NCBI GenBank assembly: GCA_030651475.1 | Contig: JAUSEW010000021.1 | Span: forward strand, 1,898-65,897 | Reading direction: 5' to 3' | DNA: 64,000 bases | Origin: Candidatus Levyibacteriota bacterium | GTDB lineage: Bacteria > Patescibacteriota > Microgenomatia > Levybacterales > UBA12049 | Shown here: positions 9,068 through 18,157 of the stretch, piece after piece | Numbering within the stretch: the first letter of the stretch is position 1 | Layout of the letters: each line of letters begins with the position of its first letter | Position numbers and translations under genes: made by a program | The notes under the pieces: model-generated | What the model was told of the DNA's origin: nothing | The model's input: only the letters and a program-made list of their open reading frames with translations | Databases searched by the model: none

Positions 9068-9568
9068 GTGATACCGCTACCTATTATTCCTCCTCCTGGA
9101 AGCATTATTAATGCATCTTTGGAGAATATTCCCCAATTTATTATCCAGCTTATTTTTGTAATCGGAATTATTATTGCTATAGTTTTCTTAATTTATGGCG
9201 GTATTAAATGGGTACTATCGGGTGGAGATAAAACTGCTGTTGAAGCAGCAAGAAATCATATTGTTGCAGCAATTGTCGGGTTGGTAATAATTTTAGGATC
9301 CTTCCTTATCTTCTCTTTGGTTTTCCAGCTTCTCGGAGCGCAAAACCCGATTCTTGGTCGATCTTTGTGCATCCCTACCCTTAAAGATCCATTCTGTTTC
9401 CCTGCAGTTGCACCAACCCCTTCGGCAGGCTCAGGGCAAGCCGGAACTTCCTCTGTTAACCCATCTTTAAGCCCTACGCCTGCGAAGTTTCCGACAGTTT
9501 CCGGAGGATCGAATAATTCCTCTTCTTCAAAACAAAATCAAACTGACAAAACCAAAGGAGGATTATAA
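9068..9568 (+). CDS. VirB2/TrbC-like T4SS pilin paralog with a Pro/Ser-rich C-terminal tail
   Basis: GTG start. LIYGGIKWVLSGGDKTAVEAARNHIVAAIVGLVIILGSFLIF is followed by a low-complexity PTPSAGSGQAGTSS... tail. Confidence 0.55.
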   Translation: MIPLPIIPPPGSIINASLENIPQFIIQLIFVIGIIIAIVFLIYGGIKWVLSGGDKTAVEAARNHIVAAIVGLVIILGSFLIFSLVFQLLGAQNPILGRSLCIPTLKDPFCFPAVAPTPSAGSGQAGTSSVNPSLSPTPAKFPTVSGGSNNSSSSKQNQTDKTKGGL

Positions 9569-9577
9569 TACTTAAGT

Positions 9578-9889
9578 ATGACTCTTAAGGAATGCTTTAC
9601 TGGCGTTGATAAGGTAGGAACCCTTAACTGCATCCCTTATCTTTTCGAAAATGTTGTTACCGCAGCATTTCTTTTCGCCGGCATAATTGCGCTCATTTTT
9701 ATCATTCTTTCCGGGATTAAATTTTTAATGTCAGGCGGAGATCCAAAACAGCTCGAAGGAGCCAAAAATACCTTGACTTATGCTATCTTGGGATTTATTT
9801 TAATTCTTCTTTCTTTCGCAATCCTAAATTTTATCTCCGGAATTACCGGTGTCCCCTGCATTAAAGAATTCGGTTTTGGCAATTGCTAA
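9578..9889 (+). CDS. VirB2/TrbC-like T4SS pilin paralog
   Basis: ILSGIKFLMSGGDPKQLEGAKNTLTYAILGFILILLSFAIL. The C-terminus carries two Cys residues. Confidence 0.55.
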   Translation: MTLKECFTGVDKVGTLNCIPYLFENVVTAAFLFAGIIALIFIILSGIKFLMSGGDPKQLEGAKNTLTYAILGFILILLSFAILNFISGITGVPCIKEFGFGNC

Positions 9890-9952
9890 TACTACTTTGA
9901 CCTATTTTGATAATCTTGCAATGATATTTTTCACGTTATATGCTAGTCCTAT

Positions 9953-11173
9953 ATGGAGAATCATCCTATTCCCCAGGACGTAACTGGATTTCAGTTCAAG
10001 CTGATTGGGGATATGACCATCAAACAATTCGCCTATCTTATAACCGGCGTAATTATGGCGTGGATATTTTTCAGTCTGTCGATAACGTACTTTATTAAAA
10101 TTCCCTTTGCTTTTTTCTTTGGGCTATTTGGAGTTAGTCTGGCGTTTCTACCAATTGAAGGAAGACCAATGGATGTAATGATTGGAAATTTCCTCAAAGC
10201 TCTTTCTTCCCCAACCCAATACGTTTATAAAAAAACAGGCGTTCCTGTCTGGTCTCAAATACCTATTTATAGAAAAACTTTGCAGGGTCCAAGTTTGCAA
10301 ACCGTGAAACCGCAGGCAAGAGTTTTCCTGCAAACATCAATGAACATTCCCAAAAATGATTTAGACAAAAAAGAATTGAGTTTTTTCCAGTCTCTTTTTG
10401 GTCAGCAAAACGGTTCTTTCCCGCAAGCTCCTCAAAACACTCAAGCCGGATCTCCGGTTATAATAACTATGCACGATGATTCCAAGAAAGAAGAGCCGAA
10501 AAAAGAACCCGTAGTTGCTAATACGCAAACGGAGCCTATCGCAGAAAATGTTCTTCAGGAAAAAGCAGCTCTTTTGGAACGAGAGCTTCAAGCCGCCAAA
10601 GAGCAAGAAGCAAATTTACAAAAACAAGCTGTCCCAACCCAAGCTATTCACGAAAAAACCTTGGAATTGGAGAAGCAGCTTGCAGAGGTTCTTACGCAGA
10701 AAGAGCAGCTTACCGGCCAATTGATAAACTTACAGCAAAAACTGGATCAGCAAAAAAAGCAATTTTTTACTCCGGGAGTTGTAACTTCTCCAAAGATAGA
10801 AACCAAAAATGTAAAAAGTATCCCTGGACCCATGGGCAAAAGCGTTGGTCTTCCCATAACACCAGATGTTCCAAACCTTATAACCGGAATTCTCAAAAAT
10901 CCGAGAAATATGCCATTGCCTAATATTCTGGTTGAGGTAAAAGACAGCGAGGGAAATCCTGTCCGGGCATTTAAAACCAATTCCTTAGGACAATTTGCAT
11001 CAGCTACTCCTCTTCTGAACGGCACCTATACAATGGAATTTGAAGATCCCAAAGGAGAAAATAAATTTGACTTTATAGAAATAAAAGCCAATGGTGAAAT
11101 AATCTTACCAATAGAAGTTATCTCTATTGACACACGGGAAGAATTAAGGAAATCTCTTTTCGGAGAAGTATAG
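9953..11173 (+). CDS. PrgI/VirB3-like membrane protein with long coiled-coil and C-terminal beta-rich extension
   Basis: The N-terminus FQFKLIGDMTIKQFAYLITGVIMAWIFF... plus two TM helices resembles PrgI-family (VirB3-like) proteins. It is followed by a Q/E/K/L-rich coiled coil (LQAAKEQEANLQKQ...LINLQQKLDQQKKQ). It lies immediately upstream of VirB4. Confidence 0.45.
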   Translation: MENHPIPQDVTGFQFKLIGDMTIKQFAYLITGVIMAWIFFSLSITYFIKIPFAFFFGLFGVSLAFLPIEGRPMDVMIGNFLKALSSPTQYVYKKTGVPVWSQIPIYRKTLQGPSLQTVKPQARVFLQTSMNIPKNDLDKKELSFFQSLFGQQNGSFPQAPQNTQAGSPVIITMHDDSKKEEPKKEPVVANTQTEPIAENVLQEKAALLERELQAAKEQEANLQKQAVPTQAIHEKTLELEKQLAEVLTQKEQLTGQLINLQQKLDQQKKQFFTPGVVTSPKIETKNVKSIPGPMGKSVGLPITPDVPNLITGILKNPRNMPLPNILVEVKDSEGNPVRAFKTNSLGQFASATPLLNGTYTMEFEDPKGENKFDFIEIKANGEIILPIEVISIDTREELRKSLFGEV

Positions 11174-11176
11174 TTT

Positions 11177-11812
11177 ATGAAAAAATCTGCCCAAAAGACA
11201 CAGGCAACAACGCAAAAATTCATAGAGATACAGGATATTTCGGACAATATCGCCATACTTCCTTACGGCAATGCCTGTCTTATCATTGAAGTTATTGCTA
11301 CCAATTTCTCTCTTTTTTCCAAAGAAGAGCAGAATGCTAAAATTTTTGCCTATTCAACTTTACTCAATTCACTTTCGTTTCCTATCCAAATATTTATTTT
11401 AAGTAAAAGAGTTGACATATCGTCATATATTAAACTGTTGGACTGGGAAGAGAAGAAAACACAAAATGAGAAATTAGCCCATCAAATAGGCCTTTATAAA
11501 GAATTTGTCCGGGAGCTGGTTAAGGTAAACACTGTTTTGGATAAAAAGTTTTACATAGTTATTCCCTACTCATATCTTGAAAAAGGCCCAATTCAGCAAG
11601 GATCTTTTGCCGCTCAAGCCAAAACAGCTCTTCTAAGCAAAGCCCAAGTATTGCATTCCCAGCTCGCAACACTTAATCTTCGCGCCAGAACTCTTGCCAA
11701 AGAAGAATTAATAAATCTTTATTACGAAATTTATAATGCGGACTTGGGCACATCTTCAAATCCGCAAGAAAATGTAAGTACCGTATTTGTTAAAGGAGCA
11801 AAAACAATATGA
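11177..11812 (+). CDS. Probable N-terminal (membrane-proximal) domain of VirB4/TrbE encoded as a separate ORF
   Basis: 211-aa soluble protein whose stop overlaps the VirB4 ATPase start (ATGA at 11809-11812). The combined length (211+604 aa) matches full-length VirB4 (~800 aa). Inference from size and context, not from a recognised motif. Confidence 0.4.
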   Translation: MKKSAQKTQATTQKFIEIQDISDNIAILPYGNACLIIEVIATNFSLFSKEEQNAKIFAYSTLLNSLSFPIQIFILSKRVDISSYIKLLDWEEKKTQNEKLAHQIGLYKEFVRELVKVNTVLDKKFYIVIPYSYLEKGPIQQGSFAAQAKTALLSKAQVLHSQLATLNLRARTLAKEELINLYYEIYNADLGTSSNPQENVSTVFVKGAKTI

Positions 11813-13623
11813 CACCTGTGAATAACCTTAACCCAAGAAATCTTTCTTTGGAATCTTTGGAAAAAGGGATAAATTCTTTGGCTGATATTATCGCTCCTTC
11901 TTCCGTTGAAATAGATTTTAATTTCATCAGAGTGGGAGAAAGGTTTTATAAAACCTTTTTTGTTGTCGGGTATCCCCGATTTGTTTCTTCAAACTGGCTT
12001 TCTCCGGTTATCGATTTTGATCATTCTTTAAATATTTCGATGTTCATTTATCCGACATCTTCTTCTGATGTTTTAAACGATCTTCGGCGGAAAATCGCAG
12101 AAATGGAAGCATCTATTTCTTCCGAGGTTGAGTCGGGACGATCTCCTGATCCCAAAATAGAAGCAGCCTTAGAAGATGCACTTGGACTTCAACAGGAACT
12201 TGCAAGAGGAGTTGAAAGGTTTTTTCAATTTAGTTTATACATTACTATTTCTGCCGATAGCTTAAAAGATTTGGACGAAGCAGGGAAAAAACTTAGCTCA
12301 ACACTTTCTTCTCTTCTTATAGTTCCAAAAATCGCAACTCTTCAAATGGAAGACGGGTTCAAATCTTCTGTCCCGCTTGGCATAGATAAGCTTTATATAA
12401 CCAGAAATATGGACACAACCTCTTTGGCCTCAACTTTTCCCTTTACTTCTGCCATGCTAACTCAAGACAAAGGAGTTTTGTATGGCATAAATCAGCAAAA
12501 TGGATCTTTGATTATTTTTGACAGATTCTCTTTGGAAAATGCCAATGAGGTTGTGCTGGGAAAATCCGGATCGGGAAAATCTTTCTTGATAAAACTGGAG
12601 GCAATGCGGCAATTTATGTTTGGGACAGAAATAATAATAATCGATCCCGAAGGAGAATACGAAAGCCTGACAAAAACTCTTGGCGGAGAATATGTCGCCT
12701 TTACAACATCTTCTCCCATTAAGATAAACCCGTTTGATCTTTCCGGATTATATGAAGAGGGAGAAAATGAACTCGGACTTAAAATACTATCGCTTCGCGG
12801 GCTTTTGAAAATTGCCCTTGGGGAAATGAATGCCGCGCAAGATGCGATACTGGACAGAGCTCTGGTTGAAACATACAAAAATAAAGGCATAACTACAGAT
12901 CCTGCAACGCAAAAAAAAGAGCCTCCCCTTATGGAAGATCTCTACAAAACGCTTTCCCAAATAAAAGATGACAGCTCCCATGACTTAACACTCCGTTTGG
13001 AAAAATTTATTAAGGGAAGCTTAAGCGGAATATTTAATCAGCAATCCAACTTTAATATCCAAAATCCTCTGACAATTTTCTCTCTTAAAGGGCTTGAAGG
13101 AGAACTAATGCCTATTGCCATGCACATAGTTTTGGATTTTGTCTGGACAAGGGTCAGAAAAGATCTCAAAAAAAGACTGCTTATTTTGGATGAGGCTTGG
13201 TACATAATGAAATATCAAGATTCCGCGTCTTTTGTGTACGGGGTTGCAAAAAGGGCCAGAAAATATTATCTTGCTCTTACCACAATAACGCAGGATGTTC
13301 AGGATTTCCTTACAACCGATTACGGAAAGGCAATTTTGTCTAACTCGTCTATTCAAATTCTTCTTAAACAAAGTCCTACCGAAATCGATTCTATCGCAAA
13401 AGTTTTCTATTTTTCCTTAAGAGAAAAGGAATATTTACTTGCGTCAGGCGTTGGGGAAGGATTGTTTTTCGCAGGTCTTGCCCATGTTGGGCTAAAAGTT
13501 GTTGCGGCACCATTTGAAAAAGAAATAGTCACGTCAAATCCCGAAGATCTCAAGAAAATGCAGGAAGAAATATCGCAAAAAACAACCGAGCCACCAATTG
13601 TTAATCAAACAAAGAGCGTCTAA
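11809..13623 (+). CDS. virB4: VirB4/TrbE-family conjugative/T4SS ATPase
   Basis: Walker A VLGKSGSGKSF, Walker B LLILDEAWYIM and an overall VirB4 C-terminal ATPase architecture. Confidence 0.8.
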   Translation: MTPVNNLNPRNLSLESLEKGINSLADIIAPSSVEIDFNFIRVGERFYKTFFVVGYPRFVSSNWLSPVIDFDHSLNISMFIYPTSSSDVLNDLRRKIAEMEASISSEVESGRSPDPKIEAALEDALGLQQELARGVERFFQFSLYITISADSLKDLDEAGKKLSSTLSSLLIVPKIATLQMEDGFKSSVPLGIDKLYITRNMDTTSLASTFPFTSAMLTQDKGVLYGINQQNGSLIIFDRFSLENANEVVLGKSGSGKSFLIKLEAMRQFMFGTEIIIIDPEGEYESLTKTLGGEYVAFTTSSPIKINPFDLSGLYEEGENELGLKILSLRGLLKIALGEMNAAQDAILDRALVETYKNKGITTDPATQKKEPPLMEDLYKTLSQIKDDSSHDLTLRLEKFIKGSLSGIFNQQSNFNIQNPLTIFSLKGLEGELMPIAMHIVLDFVWTRVRKDLKKRLLILDEAWYIMKYQDSASFVYGVAKRARKYYLALTTITQDVQDFLTTDYGKAILSNSSIQILLKQSPTEIDSIAKVFYFSLREKEYLLASGVGEGLFFAGLAHVGLKVVAAPFEKEIVTSNPEDLKKMQEEISQKTTEPPIVNQTKSV

Positions 13624-13640
13624 TTTATTTAATAAAAGAT

Positions 13641-13898
13641 ATGCCCGAACAAGAAGAAAAAAAACGAGGACATACTGGATTTATCAACGGAATCTTTAAT
13701 ACCCCAGGTACAGTAAAAACTGTATCGAGGTTAGGAAAAGTTATATTTAGTGCAGGTCCCGAAGTATGGATTGTTGTTGGGACTATTGTCGGAGTAGCCT
13801 TGCTCACGCTTCTAGTTTTATTTACTGTTACAGCATCCGTACCCATTCCCCAAACCCCTCCTACCCCCACAATCACTCTTCCCACACCAACCCCCTAA
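13641..13898 (+). CDS. Small membrane protein (one TM helix, Pro/Thr-rich tail), hypothetical
   Basis: 85 aa with TM segment WIVVGTIVGVALLTLLVLFTV, co-directional with and 17 bp downstream of virB4. An alternative antisense ORF 13625-13885 was rejected. Confidence 0.3.
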   Translation: MPEQEEKKRGHTGFINGIFNTPGTVKTVSRLGKVIFSAGPEVWIVVGTIVGVALLTLLVLFTVTASVPIPQTPPTPTITLPTPTP

Positions 13899-15025
13899 GC
13901 TTGAACCCTGATTGGCATTATTAGGTGAAGGAATGAATTGTCATTTTCAATTTTAAAAACCCCGGGATTAAGAGGGCCTGTCATTTCAAAAGCAATTCCT
14001 TCTTCTTCTACGTTAGACAAAATATCCAAAAGATAACGGGCGTTAAAGGCAATTTCATTTTCCTCCCCTTGCGTTTTTGCTTCTACCTCAATTGTGTTTT
14101 CCCCAACGGATGGTGTATTTGCGGAAACCACAACTTTATTCTTCAAAACGGAAATCTTAACTATACCCGCTGTTTCCTTGGAAAAAACATAACATGCTCT
14201 AACCGCCCGCAACATTTCCTCGCGGTTAAAAGAGGCCTTGGTTGAAAAATCTTGAGGAATTATCTTTTTATAATCAGGAAATTCCGCCTCGATAAGTCTT
14301 CCCACTAGCGTTATTTCCTCTTGGCAGAACATAATTTGGTTTTTCTCTTTTGAAACATAAACTTCCACATCTTCTCCATCTTTGCTAATCGAAATAATCT
14401 CCCTCACTACTCTTGCAGGAACAAGCATCGATACGCCTTCCTTAATCTTTTTAGTTTTTTCTTCTTTGGCGATATTCTTTTTTAGAGAAAGTCTATATCC
14501 ATCTGTTGCAACGAATAAAAATCCCAAACCGTCTTCTCCTACAGCGCTCTCCACCAGAACCCCTGATAGGGCTGTTCTTGATTGATCTTGACCCGCCGCA
14601 AAAACCACTTTCCCAAAATCATTAACTATATCCTCTTTTTTTATCATCATTACCTTTTCCCCTTTTTCTTCATATATTTTCGGGAACTCTTCCGAGGGAA
14701 TAGTTTGAAAAAGTGTTTTTATTTTTTCTCCCTTTAGTTCCAATCCTTCTTTTGTTGTGTTTAATGAAATTTTTCCTGAAGGTATGTTGTTCAAAAGCTC
14801 CAGGAAGGTTTTTGCGGGAACGGTTATCGATCCCTCCTCTTCTATTTTCGCCTGGATTTGTACTTCTATTCCTATTTCAAGGTCAGTAGCGCTAATATAT
14901 AGTTTCCCCTCCTTAGCTTTTATTAAAAAATTGGAAAGTATCGGTAACTGCGATCTTGTTGACGTAGCATGGCTTACCAGTCCTAATTTATTTTGCAAGT
15001 TTTCAGAAAGCAGTTGAACGATCAT
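13895..15025 (-). CDS. dnaN: DNA polymerase III beta subunit (sliding clamp)
   Basis: 376 aa. The N-terminus MIVQLLSENLQNKLGLVSHATSTRSQLPILSNFLI... is typical of DnaN. It sits immediately downstream of dnaA. Confidence 0.9.
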   Translation of the reverse strand: MIVQLLSENLQNKLGLVSHATSTRSQLPILSNFLIKAKEGKLYISATDLEIGIEVQIQAKIEEEGSITVPAKTFLELLNNIPSGKISLNTTKEGLELKGEKIKTLFQTIPSEEFPKIYEEKGEKVMMIKKEDIVNDFGKVVFAAGQDQSRTALSGVLVESAVGEDGLGFLFVATDGYRLSLKKNIAKEEKTKKIKEGVSMLVPARVVREIISISKDGEDVEVYVSKEKNQIMFCQEEITLVGRLIEAEFPDYKKIIPQDFSTKASFNREEMLRAVRACYVFSKETAGIVKISVLKNKVVVSANTPSVGENTIEVEAKTQGEENEIAFNARYLLDILSNVEEEGIAFEMTGPLNPGVFKIENDNSFLHLIMPIRVQA

Positions 15026-15108
15026 ATTGAATTAAGATTTATTTATTTGTAGTTGTAGTAGTCTATATGGAAAAGTGGAAAAAAGCAAGAGGGGGAAGCT
15101 AAATAACA

Positions 15109-15117
15109 TGTGGATAA
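15109..15117. promoter_or_regulatory. Perfect DnaA box (TGTGGATAA = reverse complement of TTATCCACA) in the dnaA-dnaN intergenic region
   Basis: Exact 9-mer seen at 15109-15117. The surrounding region is AT-rich. Confidence 0.7.
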
Positions 15118-15159
15118 CCTGTTGAAAAGAATGGGGGTAAAAGATTAAAAAAATAAAAC

Positions 15160-16527
15160 TCAAGACCGGTGTTGATAATAATCTTTTAGAGATGATGTTA
15201 TCCCCATCATTTCCTCCGAGAATTTCTTATCCTCAAGAAGTTTTTCTATTTTTCCTACACCGTGCATAATTGTAGTGTGGTCTCTCCCTCCCAGAAAGTT
15301 TCCTATCTCTACGAGACTTAAGGAAAGCTCCTTTTTTAAGAGATACATGGCAATATGGCGGGCTTTTACAAGCCTGGCGTCACGTTTTTGTCCTTTTATT
15401 TGGGTGGACTTGATGTCATAAAAGTCACAGATGTTTTCTATGATGTCGTCGGGATGAGGCTGGGATTTGTCTTTTTCTCCGTTTTTTCCCAAAACTTCCA
15501 AAATAAGGGATGGTGTGATTTCTAGCCCTCTTACTTGTGCTTCGGTAACAATTCTCAAAAGGCTTCCTTCCAATCCTCTTGCGTCCTGTTCCTTTTCCGC
15601 AATTTTCTTAGCAACATCCATTGAAAGATCCAACCCATACTTTTTTGCCTTAATAAGTACAATGGCTGTTCTTAATTCAAAATCTTGCGGTTCAATATCA
15701 ACGATAAGCCCTCCGGAGAAACGCGAGGAAAGTCTTTTCTCAATTTTTTTTATTTCAAACGGCGGTCTGTCTGAAGAAAGAACTACTTGGGCTCCTGCAT
15801 CAACAAGAATATTAAAAGTGTGGAAAAGTTCCTCCTGTACTTTTTCTTTTCCTGCGAAAAACTGAACGTCGTCAATGATAAGAAGGTCAATATTTCTGAA
15901 TTTTCTCTTCATTCTCGCCGTATCATTTGTTCTAATTGCTTCAACTATCTCATTAGTAAACTCTTCGCTGGTGATATAGATAATTTTTTTATTTGGATCT
16001 CTTTGGTAAAGATCATTGGCAATTGCTTGCATCAGATGAGTCTTTCCTACTCCAACAGGTCCGTAGATAAAAAGAGGATTGTAGGATCCCCCCATTTTTT
16101 TAGCTACAGTAGTTGCGCTAACGAAAGCTAATTGATTACTAGGAGATACTGCCATGGTTTGGAATGTATATTCAGGTCGAACTCTTGGTAAATGTCCAAC
16201 TGTAATTTCTTTTTTTGCCACATTTCCGATATTTTCAAAAAGAGGAGCATCATACTTGCGGTTTACGTTTTGATCAATGATCTTTGGGACGAAAACAATT
16301 TTCGTGTTCGCGCTCGTATGCTTATCAACGGTTTTCTTTAAAATAGCGTAAAAACGTTTTTGTATAAGGTCAATTATCATCGTTGAAGATGCGGCTATGG
16401 TCGCTACTCCGTTTTCAAATGATAAGAGTCCTGTGGTTTTAAAAAGAGTTAGGAAATTTGCTCTTGATACTTCTGTCTCTATGTCCCCTAAAACTTTTTT
16501 CCACAATTTATTGTTTTCTTCGTTCAT
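15160..16527 (-). CDS. dnaA: Chromosomal replication initiator DnaA
   Basis: AAA+ Walker A GPVGVGKTHLMQAIAN, Walker B LLIIDDVQF and a C-terminal DNA-binding domain (...KARHIAMYLLKKELSLSLVEIGNFLGGRDHTTIMHGV). Confidence 0.95.
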   Translation of the reverse strand: MNEENNKLWKKVLGDIETEVSRANFLTLFKTTGLLSFENGVATIAASSTMIIDLIQKRFYAILKKTVDKHTSANTKIVFVPKIIDQNVNRKYDAPLFENIGNVAKKEITVGHLPRVRPEYTFQTMAVSPSNQLAFVSATTVAKKMGGSYNPLFIYGPVGVGKTHLMQAIANDLYQRDPNKKIIYITSEEFTNEIVEAIRTNDTARMKRKFRNIDLLIIDDVQFFAGKEKVQEELFHTFNILVDAGAQVVLSSDRPPFEIKKIEKRLSSRFSGGLIVDIEPQDFELRTAIVLIKAKKYGLDLSMDVAKKIAEKEQDARGLEGSLLRIVTEAQVRGLEITPSLILEVLGKNGEKDKSQPHPDDIIENICDFYDIKSTQIKGQKRDARLVKARHIAMYLLKKELSLSLVEIGNFLGGRDHTTIMHGVGKIEKLLEDKKFSEEMMGITSSLKDYYQHRS

Positions 16528-16562
16528 AAAGTATTAATAAAAGGTAACAAGGAGTGTAGCTA

Positions 16563-16571
16563 TGTGGATAA
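16563..16571. promoter_or_regulatory. Perfect DnaA box (TGTGGATAA) upstream of dnaA, in the candidate oriC region
   Basis: Exact 9-mer at 16563-16571, between the dnaA start (16527) and rpmH (16660). An AT-rich tract at 16600-16659 could be a DNA-unwinding element. Confidence 0.7.
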
Positions 16572-16659
16572 CTTTTTGTCAAGAGGAGGAACTGGATACA
16601 ACCATATCTTTTTTGCCTCTTTAAACGAAATTAGAATTCTGTTATACTTTTATTCCATT

Positions 16660-16794
16660 ATGGAAAAGTTTATCAAGCTTAAAAAAGTAAAAAGGAAAAG
16701 AAAGCATGGATTTTTAAGCAGGATGCAGGAACACGGCGGAAGAAAAGTTCTCTCAAGAAGAAGGCAAAAAGGGCGAACGCGGCTAGCTGTTTAA
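16660..16794 (+). CDS. rpmH: 50S ribosomal protein L34
   Basis: MEKFIKLKKVKRKRKHGFLSRMQEHGGRKVLSRRRQKGRTRLAV matches the L34 consensus. The track ORF 16564-16794 is an upstream extension and the internal ATG at 16660 is the likely start. Confidence 0.85.
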   Translation: MEKFIKLKKVKRKRKHGFLSRMQEHGGRKVLSRRRQKGRTRLAV

Positions 16795-17124
16795 ATGCTT
16801 AAGAAAAAATATAGACTTCCCGGAACTGTAAATTTAAGAAACGCTAATTTACTCCGTTTGCCGTTTTTTTTGATAAAAATCAACAAAAACAAGCTTTTAA
16901 ATAACAGGATGGGAATTGTTGCGTCATTAAAGGTTTCGAAAAGAGCAGTTGACAGAAATAGGGCTAAACGGCTGATAAGATCTATTATGGAAGAGTTCTG
17001 GAACAAAATGATTCCCGGATATGATATACTCTTCATACTAAAAAAAGAAGCCGTAGGCAAAAAGAGAATAGATTTTTATTCGTCCATAAAAAATATATTG
17101 GCAAAAGAAGGATTAATTAGATGA
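16795..17124 (+). CDS. rnpA: RNase P protein component
   Basis: 109 aa basic protein with an RNR..KR..R motif ([14 protein letters not shown]). Conserved position after rpmH. Confidence 0.8.
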   Translation: MLKKKYRLPGTVNLRNANLLRLPFFLIKINKNKLLNNRMGIVASLKVSKRAVDRNRAKRLIRSIMEEFWNKMIPGYDILFILKKEAVGKKRIDFYSSIKNILAKEGLIR

Positions 17125-17315
17125 AGCATTTTTTACTTTTATTAATTTTAATTTATCAGAAAATATTTTCCACAGTTTTAAAAAACATTCTTGGAATTAA
17201 TAAGTTTTGCAGATTTTCCCCTACTTGCTCTCAATATGCGAAAGAATCTATTCTAAAATACGGAGCGCTAAGAGGAGGATATCTTTCTGTAACTAGGATT
17301 ATTAACTGCCGTTAA
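17121..17315 (+). CDS. yidD: Membrane protein insertion efficiency factor YidD
   Basis: 64 aa with [35 protein letters not shown], the conserved YidD core. Start overlaps the rnpA stop. Confidence 0.8.
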   Translation: MKHFLLLLILIYQKIFSTVLKNILGINKFCRFSPTCSQYAKESILKYGALRGGYLSVTRIINCR

Positions 17316-17320
17316 ATATT

Positions 17321-18154
17321 ATGACAGATCCATCATTTTTTAATGTTATTTTGGTTTGGCCGATATTAAATATCTTGGTTGGGGTCTATAAGATCCTTTT
17401 GCTTATTCATATTCCATACGCCCTTGGGTTTTCTATAATTGTCTTAACCGTAATAATCCGGTTTATACTTTACCCCTTAATATCGTCACAGCTTAGGGCA
17501 TCTAGGAAGATGCAGGAAGCCGCTCCCCATATATCTAAACTTAAGGAAATTCATAAAGGCGATGCGAAAAGACTTCAAGCGGAAACAATGAAGCTTTATA
17601 AAGAAAGAGGAATAAATCCTCTTGCAGGATGCTTGCCTGTAATTGTTCAGCTGCCTATCATATGGGCTTTGTATTATGTGCTTCAGCAGATAGTAGATTT
17701 AAAGCAGGATATGGTTGTTTCTCAAATTAACAAAATCGTTTACTTTAGCTGGCTAAAGCTAACTGACGGATGGAGCACTTCTTTTTTCGGTCTTCCTCTA
17801 GGCGCATCACCATCAAACCTTTTTACTACAATAGGACCGTTAGTAATAATAGTCCCGGTTCTAACCGGATTTCTTCAATTTCTGCTATCAAAAATGCTTG
17901 TAAATCCGCAGCCTCAAGAAAAAAATAAAGAAAAAGATAAGGAGAAAAAAGATGATTTCGGAAGCGCTTTTCAGGCGCAATCGATGTACATATTTCCAAT
18001 AATGATTGGGTTTTTCTCGTATACTTTCTCAATAGGATTATCTTTATACTGGAATACTTTTACGATTTTTGGTATTATCCAGCAGTATAAAATTCTAGGT
18101 CTTGGCGGTTTGGCGCCTTGGAAAAACAAAATATTTGGTCAAAATAAGATATAA
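17321..18154 (+). CDS. yidC: Membrane protein insertase YidC (short form)
   Basis: 277 aa polytopic protein with LYPL..SQ, KLYKE.G.NPLAGCLP..VQ.PI..ALY motifs of the YidC/Oxa1 family. Confidence 0.8.
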   Translation: MTDPSFFNVILVWPILNILVGVYKILLLIHIPYALGFSIIVLTVIIRFILYPLISSQLRASRKMQEAAPHISKLKEIHKGDAKRLQAETMKLYKERGINPLAGCLPVIVQLPIIWALYYVLQQIVDLKQDMVVSQINKIVYFSWLKLTDGWSTSFFGLPLGASPSNLFTTIGPLVIIVPVLTGFLQFLLSKMLVNPQPQEKNKEKDKEKKDDFGSAFQAQSMYIFPIMIGFFSYTFSIGLSLYWNTFTIFGIIQQYKILGLGGLAPWKNKIFGQNKI

Positions 18155-18157
18155 AAA

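Noticed and set aside
13625-13885. Minus-strand ORF overlapping the small membrane-protein ORF 13641-13898
   Set aside because: It is the antisense of a co-directional ORF with a clear TM helix that follows virB4. Only one of the two is likely real. The plus-strand one fits the operon context better, though both remain low confidence.
15170-15178. Third DnaA-box-like 9-mer TGTTGATAA
   Set aside because: One mismatch from consensus, and it lies inside the dnaA C-terminal coding sequence. It was not counted as an origin element.
16564-16659. Upstream extension of the rpmH ORF (track start 16564)
   Set aside because: L34 is ~45 aa. The extension overlaps the DnaA box and the AT-rich origin spacer. 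The internal ATG at 16660 gives the canonical L34.
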